From a virus (lineage: Duplodnaviria; Caudoviricetes), in IMG/VR virus record IMGVR_UViG_3300046167_000798: 64,000 nt of DNA; one strand, given 5' to 3'. Shown one piece after another: positions 10,632 to 20,686 of the stretch (the first letter of the stretch is position 1; every line of letters starts with the position of its first letter). The position numbers and the translations under genes were made by a program. Under the pieces are notes generated by a model, which was given only the letters and a program-made list of their open reading frames with translations, was not told the origin of the DNA and did not search any database.

Positions 10632-12470
10632 TTATCTGTATTGTTCTATGTTTAAATTTTCTCTATCTATTACTACATCTCCTTGACCAGGAGTTGGTAT
10701 ATTTCTACCGCCGCCTCCACCACTACTATTACTGTTATTAGTTGATGGTCTATTAGGTGGTGTTGGTGTACTTCCACATACACCTCTTCTTGTTATTTTT
10801 AATCCTGATACTTGTGTTACTGTTCCTTCTTGAGCACAAACTATAATACTATCGCCAGGTAAAAGTGCAGGAAACTGTACAAGTTGTCCTACTTGATTTT
10901 TATATGTTGAAGTTATTGTTTGGCCTGTTCCTCCTCGACCAGATGCTAGTTCAAAATTTGATATCAAACTAGTATATCCATATTCTGAAGAACCCTGTCC
11001 TCTAAAAGATTGATTCTCTATGAGGTTAGGTCTGATAAATGAACTTTCTCCTGAATTACTTATATTGGTTATACTATATTCTACTAAAGAAGGAGAAGTA
11101 TCTATTTCTCTTATTTTTGGAACTTCTCTAACATCATCATTTAGTCCAAATTTTATTTGTCCTACATCGTGTGTAATTTCAAATGAATCAAATTCTACTC
11201 CTGATTGTGTACCTGCACTTACTCCATTTAATTTCCACTTTATACTAGCGGTAGAAGACCAAACATAATAAGTTTTAGTTACACTCTGAATAATTTCTTC
11301 ATATCTACAACTACCATCACTTTCGGTAGCCAGACTATTATAATTTATTGCAGATGGGTCTGTACATCCTAATATAACAGGCTCTTCTTCTTTATATCTA
11401 CATGAACCATCTTCTGTATTGGCAGATGGATTAAAGTTTTCTGCAGATGGGTCTGTACATCCTTTTACTTCTGCATCAATTGAATCTGGTTCTGTTGCAG
11501 AATATATAGAATTAGATGTACTTGATTTTAATATATTTTTTAAAGCATCTATTGTTATCTGTTCTTCTTTAGAAAGAATATTATCTTTCTGTATATCTCG
11601 TTTTGGTAAATAATATTCTAAAGAATTTATTAATGCAGTTTCTGCAATTCTTTTTATTTCATCTACTGATAATTCAACACAATCTAATTTTTCTTCAGAA
11701 GGCTTTCCATAGTTAGTTGAACTAATACTCCAATTTAATCCTTGTACAAAATACTTAAGAGATTCAATCCATTTATCTTTTACTTTTAATACAAATTCAT
11801 CAAAGTTAGATATTTTAAATTCTTTCTTAATTAAGTTAATATATTTTGTACCATCTGTTTCTTTTCCTTTAGATAGTAAAATATATTGTTTTATTTTTTC
11901 TACACTACATGAATCAACATATTCTTGTATAGTATAAATTACATCATCTCTAAATGAAGATTCATTGGTAAAAATAGAATATCTTTTTTCTAAATCCTCA
12001 TTTAATGAATCTCTTCTAATTGGTAAAATTCTAACTTCTGTTCTCGATGGTGAAATTTCATGTATCCACATTTTATTAGATTCAACTTCCTCAGTACCAA
12101 CTCTTCTGTTTAATAAAGTTATTTGTGTTTTAAAACTACCATTTGAATATCCAGCATCTTTAATTAATCTTTCTAAGTCAACTACGAATTCTTGTGAATC
12201 TTTTGTATTCTTAGTAAAAGAATTAGTTGGTAAAGTTAAAAAATATTCTTTTGATTTTTCATCATCTAAATATATGTATCTTACTAACTTACCAGTATCA
12301 CCTTGTGGCAATTGATTATTGTTTATATCATATAGTATAAATTCAATTACATCAGCACACCCCAACCCAAAGTTAGATTTAGATATTTCTTTTTCAAATA
12401 CCTTTCTATCTTCGGAATCAACTAAGTATCCTTTCCTATCTACAATATTTTTAAAATCTTTTATTGCCAT
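10632..12470 (-). CDS. Virion-associated protein with two GCTDPxAxNY...DGSC repeats
   Basis: GCTDPSAENFNPSANTEDGSCRY and GCTDPSAINYNSLATESDGSCRY. Sits inside the structural operon. Confidence 0.55.
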   Translation of the reverse strand: MAIKDFKNIVDRKGYLVDSEDRKVFEKEISKSNFGLGCADVIEFILYDINNNQLPQGDTGKLVRYIYLDDEKSKEYFLTLPTNSFTKNTKDSQEFVVDLERLIKDAGYSNGSFKTQITLLNRRVGTEEVESNKMWIHEISPSRTEVRILPIRRDSLNEDLEKRYSIFTNESSFRDDVIYTIQEYVDSCSVEKIKQYILLSKGKETDGTKYINLIKKEFKISNFDEFVLKVKDKWIESLKYFVQGLNWSISSTNYGKPSEEKLDCVELSVDEIKRIAETALINSLEYYLPKRDIQKDNILSKEEQITIDALKNILKSSTSNSIYSATEPDSIDAEVKGCTDPSAENFNPSANTEDGSCRYKEEEPVILGCTDPSAINYNSLATESDGSCRYEEIIQSVTKTYYVWSSTASIKWKLNGVSAGTQSGVEFDSFEITHDVGQIKFGLNDDVREVPKIREIDTSPSLVEYSITNISNSGESSFIRPNLIENQSFRGQGSSEYGYTSLISNFELASGRGGTGQTITSTYKNQVGQLVQFPALLPGDSIIVCAQEGTVTQVSGLKITRRGVCGSTPTPPNRPSTNNSNSSGGGGGRNIPTPGQGDVVIDRENLNIEQYR

Positions 12471-12476
12471 AATTTA

Positions 12477-13718
12477 TTAATTACCTTTTCCACCACTTCT
12501 TAATTTTCTATAAAATCTTCCTAACATATCAAACGTTGTTCCATCTATCTTTAGAGTAATTTTATCATTGAATTTTTTTCTTCTTCCTTTTGGTGAAGAT
12601 ACCTTTCTAACTTTAGTTGCAGTTAATGTTACTTTACCAGGAGTACTACCACTTCTTGCTGGTATTGTTCCTGACATTTTACTAAAACCAATCCATGGGT
12701 CATCATGTCCACCGGCATCAGCTACAACAGTAAAAGAATATGATACTTCTTTTTCATCATTGAAGTTGAAAAGTTCTAAATCATTACCATTCGCCCAACC
12801 ACAACTTTTTCTATTTGACCTAAAGTAGAATGTTCTTCCGTCATCAAGTTTTTCTTGGTCTCTAACATTATTTTCTGGTATCTTCCACGCATAATCACCT
12901 TCTTGTTTATATGAATTAGGAGGTCCACTTAATGAACGTAATATAGCAGTTTCTTCTTGTTGTGCCTCTTCAGCCGCTTCTGCCGCTTGTAAACTTTCTA
13001 CTATTCCTTTTTGAGCTTCAAGTAATTCCTTCAAGGTATATTTTTGAGCTTGTAAACCTCTAACTTGTGCAGCCAAAGAAACTCTTTCAATACCCTCTTT
13101 CGTACCTTTTATAATTGCAGTTGAAAAATCTCCAAGTAAATCTGAATATCTTGCATTTGTTTGAGCTGCTTCATTTTCTGCCGCAGATTGTTGTAATTTC
13201 GCAGAATCCAATTCTTCTAATGCCAAATCTAATTGAGATTTAAGGCTTTCTATTTCAGATTCTAATGTTGATATTTGTAAATTTAATTCTCGTATTTCAT
13301 CTTGAGCTGCATCATATTTTTCTTGTAAATTATCATATCTTGATTTTAAGATATAATCTTTTTTATTTAATTTACGTTTTTTTATTAACTCATCTACCTT
13401 TACATCAATTGCCTTTTTTAATTCCTCTTCATTATATTTAGGTTTTACTAAATCAGCTGATGTTTCTCCTCCATATGATTCTTGCTCTACTTTTATAGGA
13501 ATTTGCTGTTCGTTTAATTCTTCTTTTAACTTAGGGGATATTGGTTTGGATTTTTTTATCGGCTTAGTTCCAAATGGAACTTCTTTTTTCTTTTCATCAG
13601 GTCTGATTTCTTTACCATCTATTTTATTGACAAGAATATGTCCTTTCGTATCTCTACGAACTGCCTTTGAACCCTTTTTGACAAGTTCATCAATTCTAAA
13701 TTTATCCTTTAAAGCCAT
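12477..13718 (-). CDS. Coiled-coil structural-operon protein
   Basis: 413 aa with a long heptad-rich central segment. Confidence 0.55.
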   Translation of the reverse strand: MALKDKFRIDELVKKGSKAVRRDTKGHILVNKIDGKEIRPDEKKKEVPFGTKPIKKSKPISPKLKEELNEQQIPIKVEQESYGGETSADLVKPKYNEEELKKAIDVKVDELIKKRKLNKKDYILKSRYDNLQEKYDAAQDEIRELNLQISTLESEIESLKSQLDLALEELDSAKLQQSAAENEAAQTNARYSDLLGDFSTAIIKGTKEGIERVSLAAQVRGLQAQKYTLKELLEAQKGIVESLQAAEAAEEAQQEETAILRSLSGPPNSYKQEGDYAWKIPENNVRDQEKLDDGRTFYFRSNRKSCGWANGNDLELFNFNDEKEVSYSFTVVADAGGHDDPWIGFSKMSGTIPARSGSTPGKVTLTATKVRKVSSPKGRRKKFNDKITLKIDGTTFDMLGRFYRKLRSGGKGN

Positions 13719-13722
13719 CTCT

Positions 13723-14784
13723 TTACTTTTCTACTGTAAATGTTAAATCTTTATCACTAAAATATTCTACCACTCCACTTCTTACAGTTTTTATTTCAAT
13801 ATAGTAATCTCTATTATATTCAAAGTTATTTAAATTTAATTTAAAATAGTTACCGATTGCATCACAACTAACCTTTGTATAGTTATCGTTAAATGGTACT
13901 ACTACTTCATCTGTTACTATATCTTTAATTTGATAATAAGTGGTTGATGGTAAATACTTTACATCAGTATAAGCATACTCGTTGGTGTAGGTTTTAAGAG
14001 GATATTTCTCTCTTCCAAAAACTCTAATTGTAGGTTTACTTCCTCTTTTATATACTGTTTTTAGTCTTTTAAATGTTACATGAATATCATCGGCAGTTAA
14101 TGCACTAAGAGAACCAGTTATAAATGATGAATCATCCCAACCAATTCGTAACTTAGGTTGGTATATAGTATTTGTTTCTTTTGAAAAGAATTTTAATTGG
14201 CCATAATCAACTGTATCATTTTCTTTAACCGAATCGTGTTTTAGAATCCAACCTTGATTTGGTATAGTACCAGCAATCCAAGAAGTAATCGAAGGTAATA
14301 CATTCATACTAATATCACTTGTTGAATATGAAAACTCTTGAGATGATGATGAGCCTGTGTACCAAGTTCCTCCCTTTCCATTAAACGAACCAGTCGTTCC
14401 ACTTGCAAATCCATTTCCTAACCAATTAGTAGTTGTTGTTCTTTTGTTCCAACTACATCCATCAGTTGATATATCATCAAATCGTGTTCCGATTCCCACA
14501 TCCCAAGATTGAGAAATAGGATATGCATAAATTGTATAATCAGTAGGAATTTCACTTCCTTCGCTTTCGTTAAGTATTAAATGAGCCGAACTCATTGTTA
14601 CTTCACCACTTGCAATAGAAGCAGATAATGGAGTGGTATCTATTTTAATTAACGTATGAGCTACATCTTTTAAGTTACCATAATAAGTTTTAGATATTTC
14701 TAATATCTCATCCCTACCTGTATTTTGAGTAGGTTGTTGTAAATAAATTGTTGAATCTTTTGATGCTGTTACGAAATAATACAT
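13723..14784 (-). CDS. Baseplate-associated structural protein (DNRLRE/CBM96-like)
   Basis: ASKDSTIY...NTGRDEILEI...SAHLIL...YAYPISQSWDVG...PNQGWILK...QPKLRIGWDD. Its start overlaps the gp6 stop. Confidence 0.5.
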   Translation of the reverse strand: MYYFVTASKDSTIYLQQPTQNTGRDEILEISKTYYGNLKDVAHTLIKIDTTPLSASIASGEVTMSSAHLILNESEGSEIPTDYTIYAYPISQSWDVGIGTRFDDISTDGCSWNKRTTTTNWLGNGFASGTTGSFNGKGGTWYTGSSSSQEFSYSTSDISMNVLPSITSWIAGTIPNQGWILKHDSVKENDTVDYGQLKFFSKETNTIYQPKLRIGWDDSSFITGSLSALTADDIHVTFKRLKTVYKRGSKPTIRVFGREKYPLKTYTNEYAYTDVKYLPSTTYYQIKDIVTDEVVVPFNDNYTKVSCDAIGNYFKLNLNNFEYNRDYYIEIKTVRSGVVEYFSDKDLTFTVEK

Positions 14785-16808
14785 TATACAACCCTCCCTT
14801 TTATATCCTTGTTTGGAAATTTAATCTCAAACACAGAAGGGTCTACTGATGGATATACCATCTTACCTTTTGTTGCTTGTGATATATTATATGAATTTGT
14901 AGAGTAACTTCCATTACATTTATTAGTAATTTCACATTTAGGTACTGATTGTACTCCCTCTACTCCTGCCAATAATAATTCTATTTCAGATATATTAATT
15001 GCCATATTGAAAGTCCAATTATCGATATTAAAATATTCTTTAAGTTCACCTATACACTTAGTAAGAACTTCTCTTTTGTTATATCCACCATAAACTCTAA
15101 TTTCAAAATCAACACCTATGTTGATTATATAACCATCTATAATATTAACACCATCGGTTAACATTCGGTATTCTCCTAGATATGTTTTTAAGTTTTGTTT
15201 GATTGCAGTATTACTTGTTAATCTTTCCAAATTCTTATTAGAATTATATCCAAGAATATATAAGTTAATTGCAAATGGATTGTTTTTTTCAGTTTGATTA
15301 TTTGTTTTACTAGATAAAAACTTTTTTACTTCATTTTTTATTTCTTGTTGAGATAACTTTCTTTCTCCAAGTCCTGTTACTAAACTTGTAAACTCTTCCA
15401 ATGAATCAGGATTAGATAATATTGATGTTGGTGAGTTATTATCAAGTTCTCCATCTGGTGCACAATATGCTTTTGCAATTCCACCAAATTTAGCTGGCAT
15501 AGAAAGTGCTCTTACTTGATAATCTTTTCTTGTTACTGCTCTGTTTTGTGAACCAAAGTTTGCAAGTGAGTTTTCTCTAATTTCTTCAATCGTTTCTGCA
15601 CCTCTACCACCTGTAGCAGGTACTTCGTTTTCTACAGCAACTGATTGTTTACCTTTATTATATAGTTTTAGTTCAGTTGGTGTAAACAATGTAGAATCAT
15701 CATCATATTGAATTTGTGTAATACTAGTTAAATCTCCTTTTTTTACATTCGATTCAACTCCTCCTCCAATTAAGTATCTAACTGTTAGTGTTGTATTTGA
15801 AGGTGCTTGACCATATGATTTAGTTTTTAAGAAATTAGCTGGGTCAAATGAAGCTCCTAATTTATCTATTGATGATTGTAACCCTAACCCAACATTTTTA
15901 AAATTTGGTATTAGTGTTTCATCGTTTGTTGCAGTACCTCCACCAAATATAATTGTAGTTGTATTATCTGCATTTACTTGTGTTGTAAACCTTCTTGAAG
16001 TTTTTAATAATTTTAAAACACTTGGTACTGAAGCAGAATGTTGTTTTAAATCTTTATCATATTGTTCTGTATTTGGGTAATCAACATAAACCATCTCTTG
16101 TGCCAAATAAGGAACTTGATACCATTTGTTTCCATTAGAATCTCGTACATCAAATATATCTATTACATTTTTATCTGCAATTTGTATTTTTGAAAAATCT
16201 TGAGCTGAACCGAATTGTACTTCAACTTCTTTGATTCTAGCAGATATTGCATTAACTTTTTTCTTGATTAGATATTGAGCCGGCTCATTAGTACCATCAA
16301 CTCTTCGATACACACTAACTTCTCTTTCACTATCATCATTGAAATCTATAGCTTCACTTGTTCTAAATGTTACTCCTTCTTTTGATTCGATTACCATTCC
16401 TTGTTTTATTCTTAACGCATATGAGTAATCAGGTTCAACTTTACCCTCACCAATAGATTTAGATGGTACAAGTTGATATATAGATAATTTAGTTAGTGCA
16501 GGATATGTTACCTTTGGTTGATATCCTAGGTATTTTGCTAATGCTAATACATTTTCTTCATCTTGAGCATATAACATCATTGATTCTTTCAATGTGTCAT
16601 CTGTATAGTAAGATAGAGAATCTCCAATAAAAGATGCCATTTCAATGAACATCATACCAGGTGAAGATTCGTTAAAATCAGAATAAGTTTTTGGGAAGTA
16701 TGATTTAGCATACTCAATAATATTATTTCTGAATTGAGAAAAATCTTTATTGAGATACTTTATATCCCTACCATTATTACTTTTAAAATTTGCTGAATTT
16801 AATGCCAT
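14784..16808 (-). CDS. Baseplate wedge subunit, T4 gp6/J-like
   Basis: IKYLNKDFSQFRNNIIEYAKSYFP..Y.DF.E.SPGMMFIE; GGRGAETIEEIR; QNRAVTRKDY. Confidence 0.85.
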   Translation of the reverse strand: MALNSANFKSNNGRDIKYLNKDFSQFRNNIIEYAKSYFPKTYSDFNESSPGMMFIEMASFIGDSLSYYTDDTLKESMMLYAQDEENVLALAKYLGYQPKVTYPALTKLSIYQLVPSKSIGEGKVEPDYSYALRIKQGMVIESKEGVTFRTSEAIDFNDDSEREVSVYRRVDGTNEPAQYLIKKKVNAISARIKEVEVQFGSAQDFSKIQIADKNVIDIFDVRDSNGNKWYQVPYLAQEMVYVDYPNTEQYDKDLKQHSASVPSVLKLLKTSRRFTTQVNADNTTTIIFGGGTATNDETLIPNFKNVGLGLQSSIDKLGASFDPANFLKTKSYGQAPSNTTLTVRYLIGGGVESNVKKGDLTSITQIQYDDDSTLFTPTELKLYNKGKQSVAVENEVPATGGRGAETIEEIRENSLANFGSQNRAVTRKDYQVRALSMPAKFGGIAKAYCAPDGELDNNSPTSILSNPDSLEEFTSLVTGLGERKLSQQEIKNEVKKFLSSKTNNQTEKNNPFAINLYILGYNSNKNLERLTSNTAIKQNLKTYLGEYRMLTDGVNIIDGYIINIGVDFEIRVYGGYNKREVLTKCIGELKEYFNIDNWTFNMAINISEIELLLAGVEGVQSVPKCEITNKCNGSYSTNSYNISQATKGKMVYPSVDPSVFEIKFPNKDIKGRVV

Positions 16809-16811
16809 ACG

Positions 16812-17243
16812 TTACCCCTCTACTGTGAATGTTACTTCTTGTGTTTCTATTTGATTACCTACTGTGAATGATAATTTAAGTTCCGCTGTGTTTTTATCTT
16901 TCATCTCATCTGTCATATTTACATCAATTTCTTCAATTGATATATAAGGTAACCAAAAGTTAACACTATTAGTAATAGTTTCTTTTAACCTTTCTTCAAA
17001 ACTATCATCCATTTGTTCAAATAGTAATGATGATAATCCTGTTCCGAAGTTTGGTTGCATTACTCTTTCACCTTTTTTAGTTAATAGTAAATTTTTTAAA
17101 TTAGATTTTGCTTGCTCGTATGATGAAAAAGCTGATTCAAAGAAACCAGTATTTCCATTTTTTACAGGCAAAGTAATTCCATATGCAAAATCATTAAATG
17201 ATTTTGTATCCTTTACTACTTTTTTATCTAATATAAATGCCAT
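16812..17243 (-). CDS. Baseplate wedge gp25-like protein
   Basis: QAKSNLKNLLLTKKGERVMQPNFGTGL..LLFE. Confidence 0.85.
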   Translation of the reverse strand: MAFILDKKVVKDTKSFNDFAYGITLPVKNGNTGFFESAFSSYEQAKSNLKNLLLTKKGERVMQPNFGTGLSSLLFEQMDDSFEERLKETITNSVNFWLPYISIEEIDVNMTDEMKDKNTAELKLSFTVGNQIETQEVTFTVEG

Positions 17244-17253
17244 TTTTTACCCC

Positions 17254-17844
17254 TTACCTTGTTTTAAATTTCTTTACAAGTGTAGAATTATCTCTATTTA
17301 ATATTTTATCAAGACCAGGTAATCCTGTTCGTACACCAAGTCCTGTTTTATTTGGTTTTGTTGCAACATCACCATATCCCATTTTATGAGCCATCTGAGT
17401 TCTTAATCCTCCAACTCCAGCTCCAGCTCCTTGAGAAGTAAACTGAACAGTTTTGTCCATACTCTCTTGGATTGGTTGTTGTTGTGGTAGATTATCTAAT
17501 ACCGATTTACCACCACCTGGTGTTGAGCTTCTTTGTTCTTTTGAAAAAGGCTTTGTATTATTTAAAACTTCATTCAATATTGGATTGTTTGAAAGTTTTT
17601 TTGTTGGTGTTTGTCTTTGTTCCTCAAGTGCAAGTTCTGCTTGTTCAAATGGGTCTATTACATCCTCTTGAACTACCTGCGGAGAGGGAACGCTGACTAC
17701 ACCTCCCTTCACCTCTGCTAATCTTTTATTTACTTCCTCTTCCAATATCTTTGGAAAAGTTTTAGATAAAAAACGTTCTTGTTGTTTGGCAGTTTCTACC
17801 TCAACAAGAGTCTTTATTACTTTTATTAATTGTTTGTTGTTCAT
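17254..17844 (-). CDS. Hypothetical late protein
   Basis: 196-aa ORF with a TATTTATA motif at 17866-17873. Confidence 0.6.
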   Translation of the reverse strand: MNNKQLIKVIKTLVEVETAKQQERFLSKTFPKILEEEVNKRLAEVKGGVVSVPSPQVVQEDVIDPFEQAELALEEQRQTPTKKLSNNPILNEVLNNTKPFSKEQRSSTPGGGKSVLDNLPQQQPIQESMDKTVQFTSQGAGAGVGGLRTQMAHKMGYGDVATKPNKTGLGVRTGLPGLDKILNRDNSTLVKKFKTR

Positions 17845-17887
17845 TTTAAAATCTATTGTTCTTAATATAAATATATCTTCTTTAATT

Positions 17888-18448
17888 TTATGGTATTGTC
17901 CAACCTGTCCAAAATAGTACTCCAGGTGCTGGTGGAACTAGTGGAAACCCAGGATATAGTGAAATTGTTATATACATTCCTTGTATTGTAGTAGAATGTA
18001 TTTGTAAACTAGCAACTAATCTATCTAAAAAAAGATTAGTATTATCAGTTGGCATCAATGGCCCAACCGGTGCCCAAGTTCCAGGTACAGTTGTAAATCC
18101 AGTTATAGTATAAAGATTTTGAAATGCTCCCATTGCTGGAATAATTGGTGGTGTATTTGATAATGTTGCTCCTGTCCAATATCCCAATACTCCTTTTCCT
18201 ATATCATCTATAAATGTATGTAACCCACTTTTTTTTGATAAACTAATTTTACAAGCAATTTTAACCAATGTAAGCATTAGTGGTTTATTGGGTGTCATGA
18301 TTGGTACTTGATTTGCGGTTTGAAGTCCTCTTCTAACACACATATCATATTCGTTAGTTAGTTTCTCTGCAAAATCATCTGAAGATTTTATACCTCCTTG
18401 ATTCTTCATATAAAGAGACATATTATTTTTAAATATCTTCCAAGACAT
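17888..18448 (-). CDS. Hypothetical structural protein next to the spike gene
   Basis: 186-aa Pro/Gly-rich ORF, 3 bp downstream of the spike gene. Confidence 0.55.
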   Translation of the reverse strand: MSWKIFKNNMSLYMKNQGGIKSSDDFAEKLTNEYDMCVRRGLQTANQVPIMTPNKPLMLTLVKIACKISLSKKSGLHTFIDDIGKGVLGYWTGATLSNTPPIIPAMGAFQNLYTITGFTTVPGTWAPVGPLMPTDNTNLFLDRLVASLQIHSTTIQGMYITISLYPGFPLVPPAPGVLFWTGWTIP

Positions 18449-18450
18449 AA

Positions 18451-19695
18451 CTACTCCGTATAATTAAGTGTAGAAAGTATAGTATCTAACTTAGATTTTA
18501 TTTTGTTAAAATCACCTTTGTTATTTGGCCCCACTGCAGTTGGTCCTGATGGAGTTGAGAATACTTGTTTATTTATTGCATTAATTAGTTCTTCTAATAA
18601 ATCAATTAAAGTTTGTCCTCTTGCAATTGGTTCTGTTGTTTCTTCTGTATTAAGATATATTTCTCCTGCTCCTCCAAGAATAAAAGTATTATTATCATTG
18701 GTAGTAATTCTAACATCTCCATTAAAATTCATAGATGCTCCATCATTACCATTATCAATACTAAATTTACCATCAGAAACAAATCCATAATTACCTTTAG
18801 AAAAGAAAATCATTTCAGATTCTTTGGATGATAATATAATTCTACCACTATTAATTAATATTTGGTCTCCTTTAAGTTCACTTGGATAATCATCAAATAC
18901 TTCAGGAGTTGTTTCTAATGGAGTATCTGTTGTTCCAGGTGTAAAATCTGATAAGTATTCTCCACTTGTTATTGCAATTGTTGAACCATCATCTATAACA
19001 TTTTCTTCTGTGATATCTCCTATCTTTAAATCATTTAAAGATTTAGAATTTTGTCTGTTTCTGATTATAATGGTTGGGGATAGAATATTATCCGAGTTAT
19101 TATATCCACTAAAACGAATTGATTGTCCAAAACGAGATTGAAATAAATTATCTCCTTCGTATAGTTTTAATCTATTTACATTATTAATTTCAAAATAATC
19201 ACCATACTTTGCTTCTGTTTTTGAATTAGATGTTGATTGAGTAGTACCTGTTTGTGATACACTTGAATATGAGGATGCTTTATTACCACTACTTTCATCA
19301 TAACCATCAAATTGTTTTTTTCCTGCATTTTTAGATGCACTACCTTGGTTTAAAAACTTAACAGGTATTCTTCTATAATATCTACCTACAATTTCTATTG
19401 TTTCACCAACAATAGGTAAATCCTAAGTTGGTTGAATTTTGTGGATAGTAAATTGGTAGTTTTTCTTCAGCCGTTACTTTATCACTCAAACGCCTTGCAA
19501 CAACACATCCCAACATTAAATAAATTCTTATCACCACTAAAAACTTCACTATGTCTATCTTCTACCTGTATCTCTTAGTCTTGGATGTGTTTCATCTAAT
19601 ATCACACCAACTACAACAGCGGTATCTATTGAACTAACTCCCTTAGAATAGTTTGCAGAAGATGCAAGTGTTTGTTTAGATATTCTCTGGCTCAT
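18451..19695 (-). CDS. Baseplate central spike/hub, gp5-like; three +1 insertions
   Basis: Rebuilt as MSQRISKQ...VVVGVILDE...NLDLPIVGETIEI...LYEGDNLFQSRFGQSIRFSG...DQILINSGRIILSSK...STPSGPT. The ORF track shows only the last 120 aa. Confidence 0.65.
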
Positions 19696-20105
19696 TAAGT
19701 TTTACCTTTTGTTTAAGTTCTTCTACTTCATTAGTGAGTTCATCAACTTTTACATCTTGTTCATCTGCTACTTGTGAAATAGTTTCATCTAATTGTTTTA
19801 ATAATTGTTCCTTTTCTTCATCGGATAAAAAGCCAGGTATCCCCTTCTGCTTTATGTTGTGCTCCAATTATTCTTTGTGCAATTGCTGCCATCTTGATTA
19901 GTGAATCATCATTCTTAACTGATGTATCAACTAAATCTTTTATGATTGGCCCAATTACTGCCATATCCCCAGCATGTCTAATTACCTTTTTCATTTCAGC
20001 AATTAGCTCAGAGATTCTTTGTTTCTTGTTTTGTTGATTATCATAGATATCTTTAAACAATCCACTAAGGTTCTTACCAGGAAATAATTCAAAATCTGTA
20101 CTCAT
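19676..20105 (-). CDS. Hypothetical helical late protein; split by an extra C near 19836
   Basis: ORFs 19818..20105 and 19676..19867 join as HKAEGDTGFLSDEEKEQ. TATTTATA at 20127-20134. Confidence 0.65.
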
Positions 20106-20143
20106 GATTATACCATATTAGTTGTATATAAATATAGTAAACG

Positions 20144-20172
20144 AAAAAACCTCACTTTTTAGGGTGAGGTTT
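20144..20172 (-). terminator. Rho-independent terminator
   Basis: AAACCTCAC-cctaaaaa-GTGAGGTTT followed by a T-run. Confidence 0.75.
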
Positions 20173-20206
20173 AATCTTTTAACGCGTTGTAGAATTAATA
20201 TAATTC

Positions 20207-20438
20207 TTACTTTTTAATAATGTGGTAAAGTACAAAGGCACCAACTAGTCCTAATAGACCTTCAGCACTCAAACTTCCTAAAATAGCCATAATATTATCA
20301 ACTACTGATACTTCTGGCCAGAATGGGATGTCCGCTCCTTTGAAGAGTACTTCAAATACTACTCCTAGAAGCAATGATACTAATACCGATTTTTGTTAAT
20401 TCGTCAGCCCAAGAGCCTATTTTTTTCAAAAATTCCAT
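20207..20438 (-). CDS. Small two-TM membrane protein, 76 aa; one +1 insertion
   Basis: MEFLKKIGSWADELTKIGISIIALGVVFEVLFKGADIPFWPEVSVVDNIMAILGSLSAEGLLGLVGAFVLYHIIKK with an AAGGAG site upstream. Confidence 0.65.
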
Positions 20439-20596
20439 ATGTTTCTCCTTTTGTTTTAATTAAATGTGAATAACTTTTCCATCTTGCAAAACTAGGGATA
20501 TCCACAAATAACTATGATATATACTTGGTAAAAAATTATGATATATATTGAAACATCAATTAGAGAGGTATATTGGGGGTTTATATATTTATGTAC

Positions 20597-20626
20597 AAAA
20601 AAACCCAACCGAAATTCGTTGGGTTT
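20597..20626 (-). terminator. Rho-independent terminator
   Basis: AAACCCAAC-gaatttcg-GTTGGGTTT followed by a T-run. Confidence 0.8.
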
Positions 20627-20686
20627 CTATTCTAGCCACTTTATTATACGACCAGAGTTCTTAGTAATAAATAGAGAGTTTTACAG

